Virus record (IMG/VR): IMGVR_UViG_3300024999_000097
Location: 1,199 to 65,198 of that record
DNA from: a virus
Lineage: Duplodnaviria; Caudoviricetes
Direction: 5' to 3' (one strand)
Length of the DNA stretch: 64,000 bases
The notes beneath the pieces are model-generated. The model was not told the DNA's origin, ran no database searches, and saw only the letters and a program-made list of their open reading frames with translations. Both the position numbers and the translations under genes were made by a program. Shown piece after piece: positions 63,885 through 64,000 of the stretch (positions are counted from its first letter, which is position 1; each line of letters begins with the position of its first letter).

Positions 63885-64000
63885 ATGCCAAAGTTAACAG
63901 CAATAAGTTTAATAAAACAAGCAGCTAAAGAAACTGGTTCAAATAATCCTAGTGTTATAAGCCTCCAAATGGAAGAAATAATGTGGGAAGAACTTATTGC
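63885..64000 (+). CDS. Partial CDS running off the window
   Basis: AGGTGG RBS then open frame to the window end. Confidence 0.5.
   Translation, partial: MPKLTAISLIKQAAKETGSNNPSVISLQMEEIMWEELI

Larger units (their letters stand above)
1..64000 (+). mobile_element. Tailed bacteriophage genome (contractile-tail myovirus, Bacillota host inferred), probably near complete and permuted
   Basis: Complete head-tail-baseplate-lysis gene order, phage replication genes, all on + strand, no host housekeeping operons; TerS at 63.2 kb and TerL at 6.8 kb. Confidence 0.95.

Overview
This 64 kb window is AT-rich, entirely + strand coded, and looks like most of a tailed dsDNA bacteriophage genome with a contractile tail (myovirus). 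The host is inferred to be a spore-forming Bacillota/Clostridia member, from strong AGGAGG ribosome-binding sites, sigmaA-type promoters, a SPOR domain and a BhlA-type holin. Layout: accessory/early genes (1-6.8 kb); TerL, DUF1073 portal, MuF, DUF2213, DUF2184 capsid, sheath, tube, tape measure and baseplate (6.8-34.9 kb); lysis (34.9-36.9 kb); a pilin-like/VirB4-VirD4-like ATPase module (37.0-40.2 kb); replication and nucleotide metabolism (40.3-62.6 kb); TerS at 63.2 kb, which suggests a permuted or near-complete genome. I saw no integrase, repressor, replicative helicase, tRNA, CRISPR array or reverse transcriptase. The main candidates for an undescribed system are: (1) a five-gene nucleotide operon (MazG/dUTPase-like, NMP kinase, flavoenzyme, HAD phosphatase, divergent ThyX) next to the DNA polymerase, duplicating a separate canonical ThyX+Tmk pair, which suggests synthesis of a modified base; (2) a minimal pilin/membrane/ATPase module behind a sporulation-sigma-like promoter and an RBS-masking hairpin; (3) a DUF3626-like putative capsid-delivered effector with a small partner; (4) exchangeable appendage domains bounded by short inverted sites; (5) genome-wide repeated promoter/leader elements and a GGCCATCCTAGTAAC motif. 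All family assignments come from motif recognition by eye; no database searches were run.
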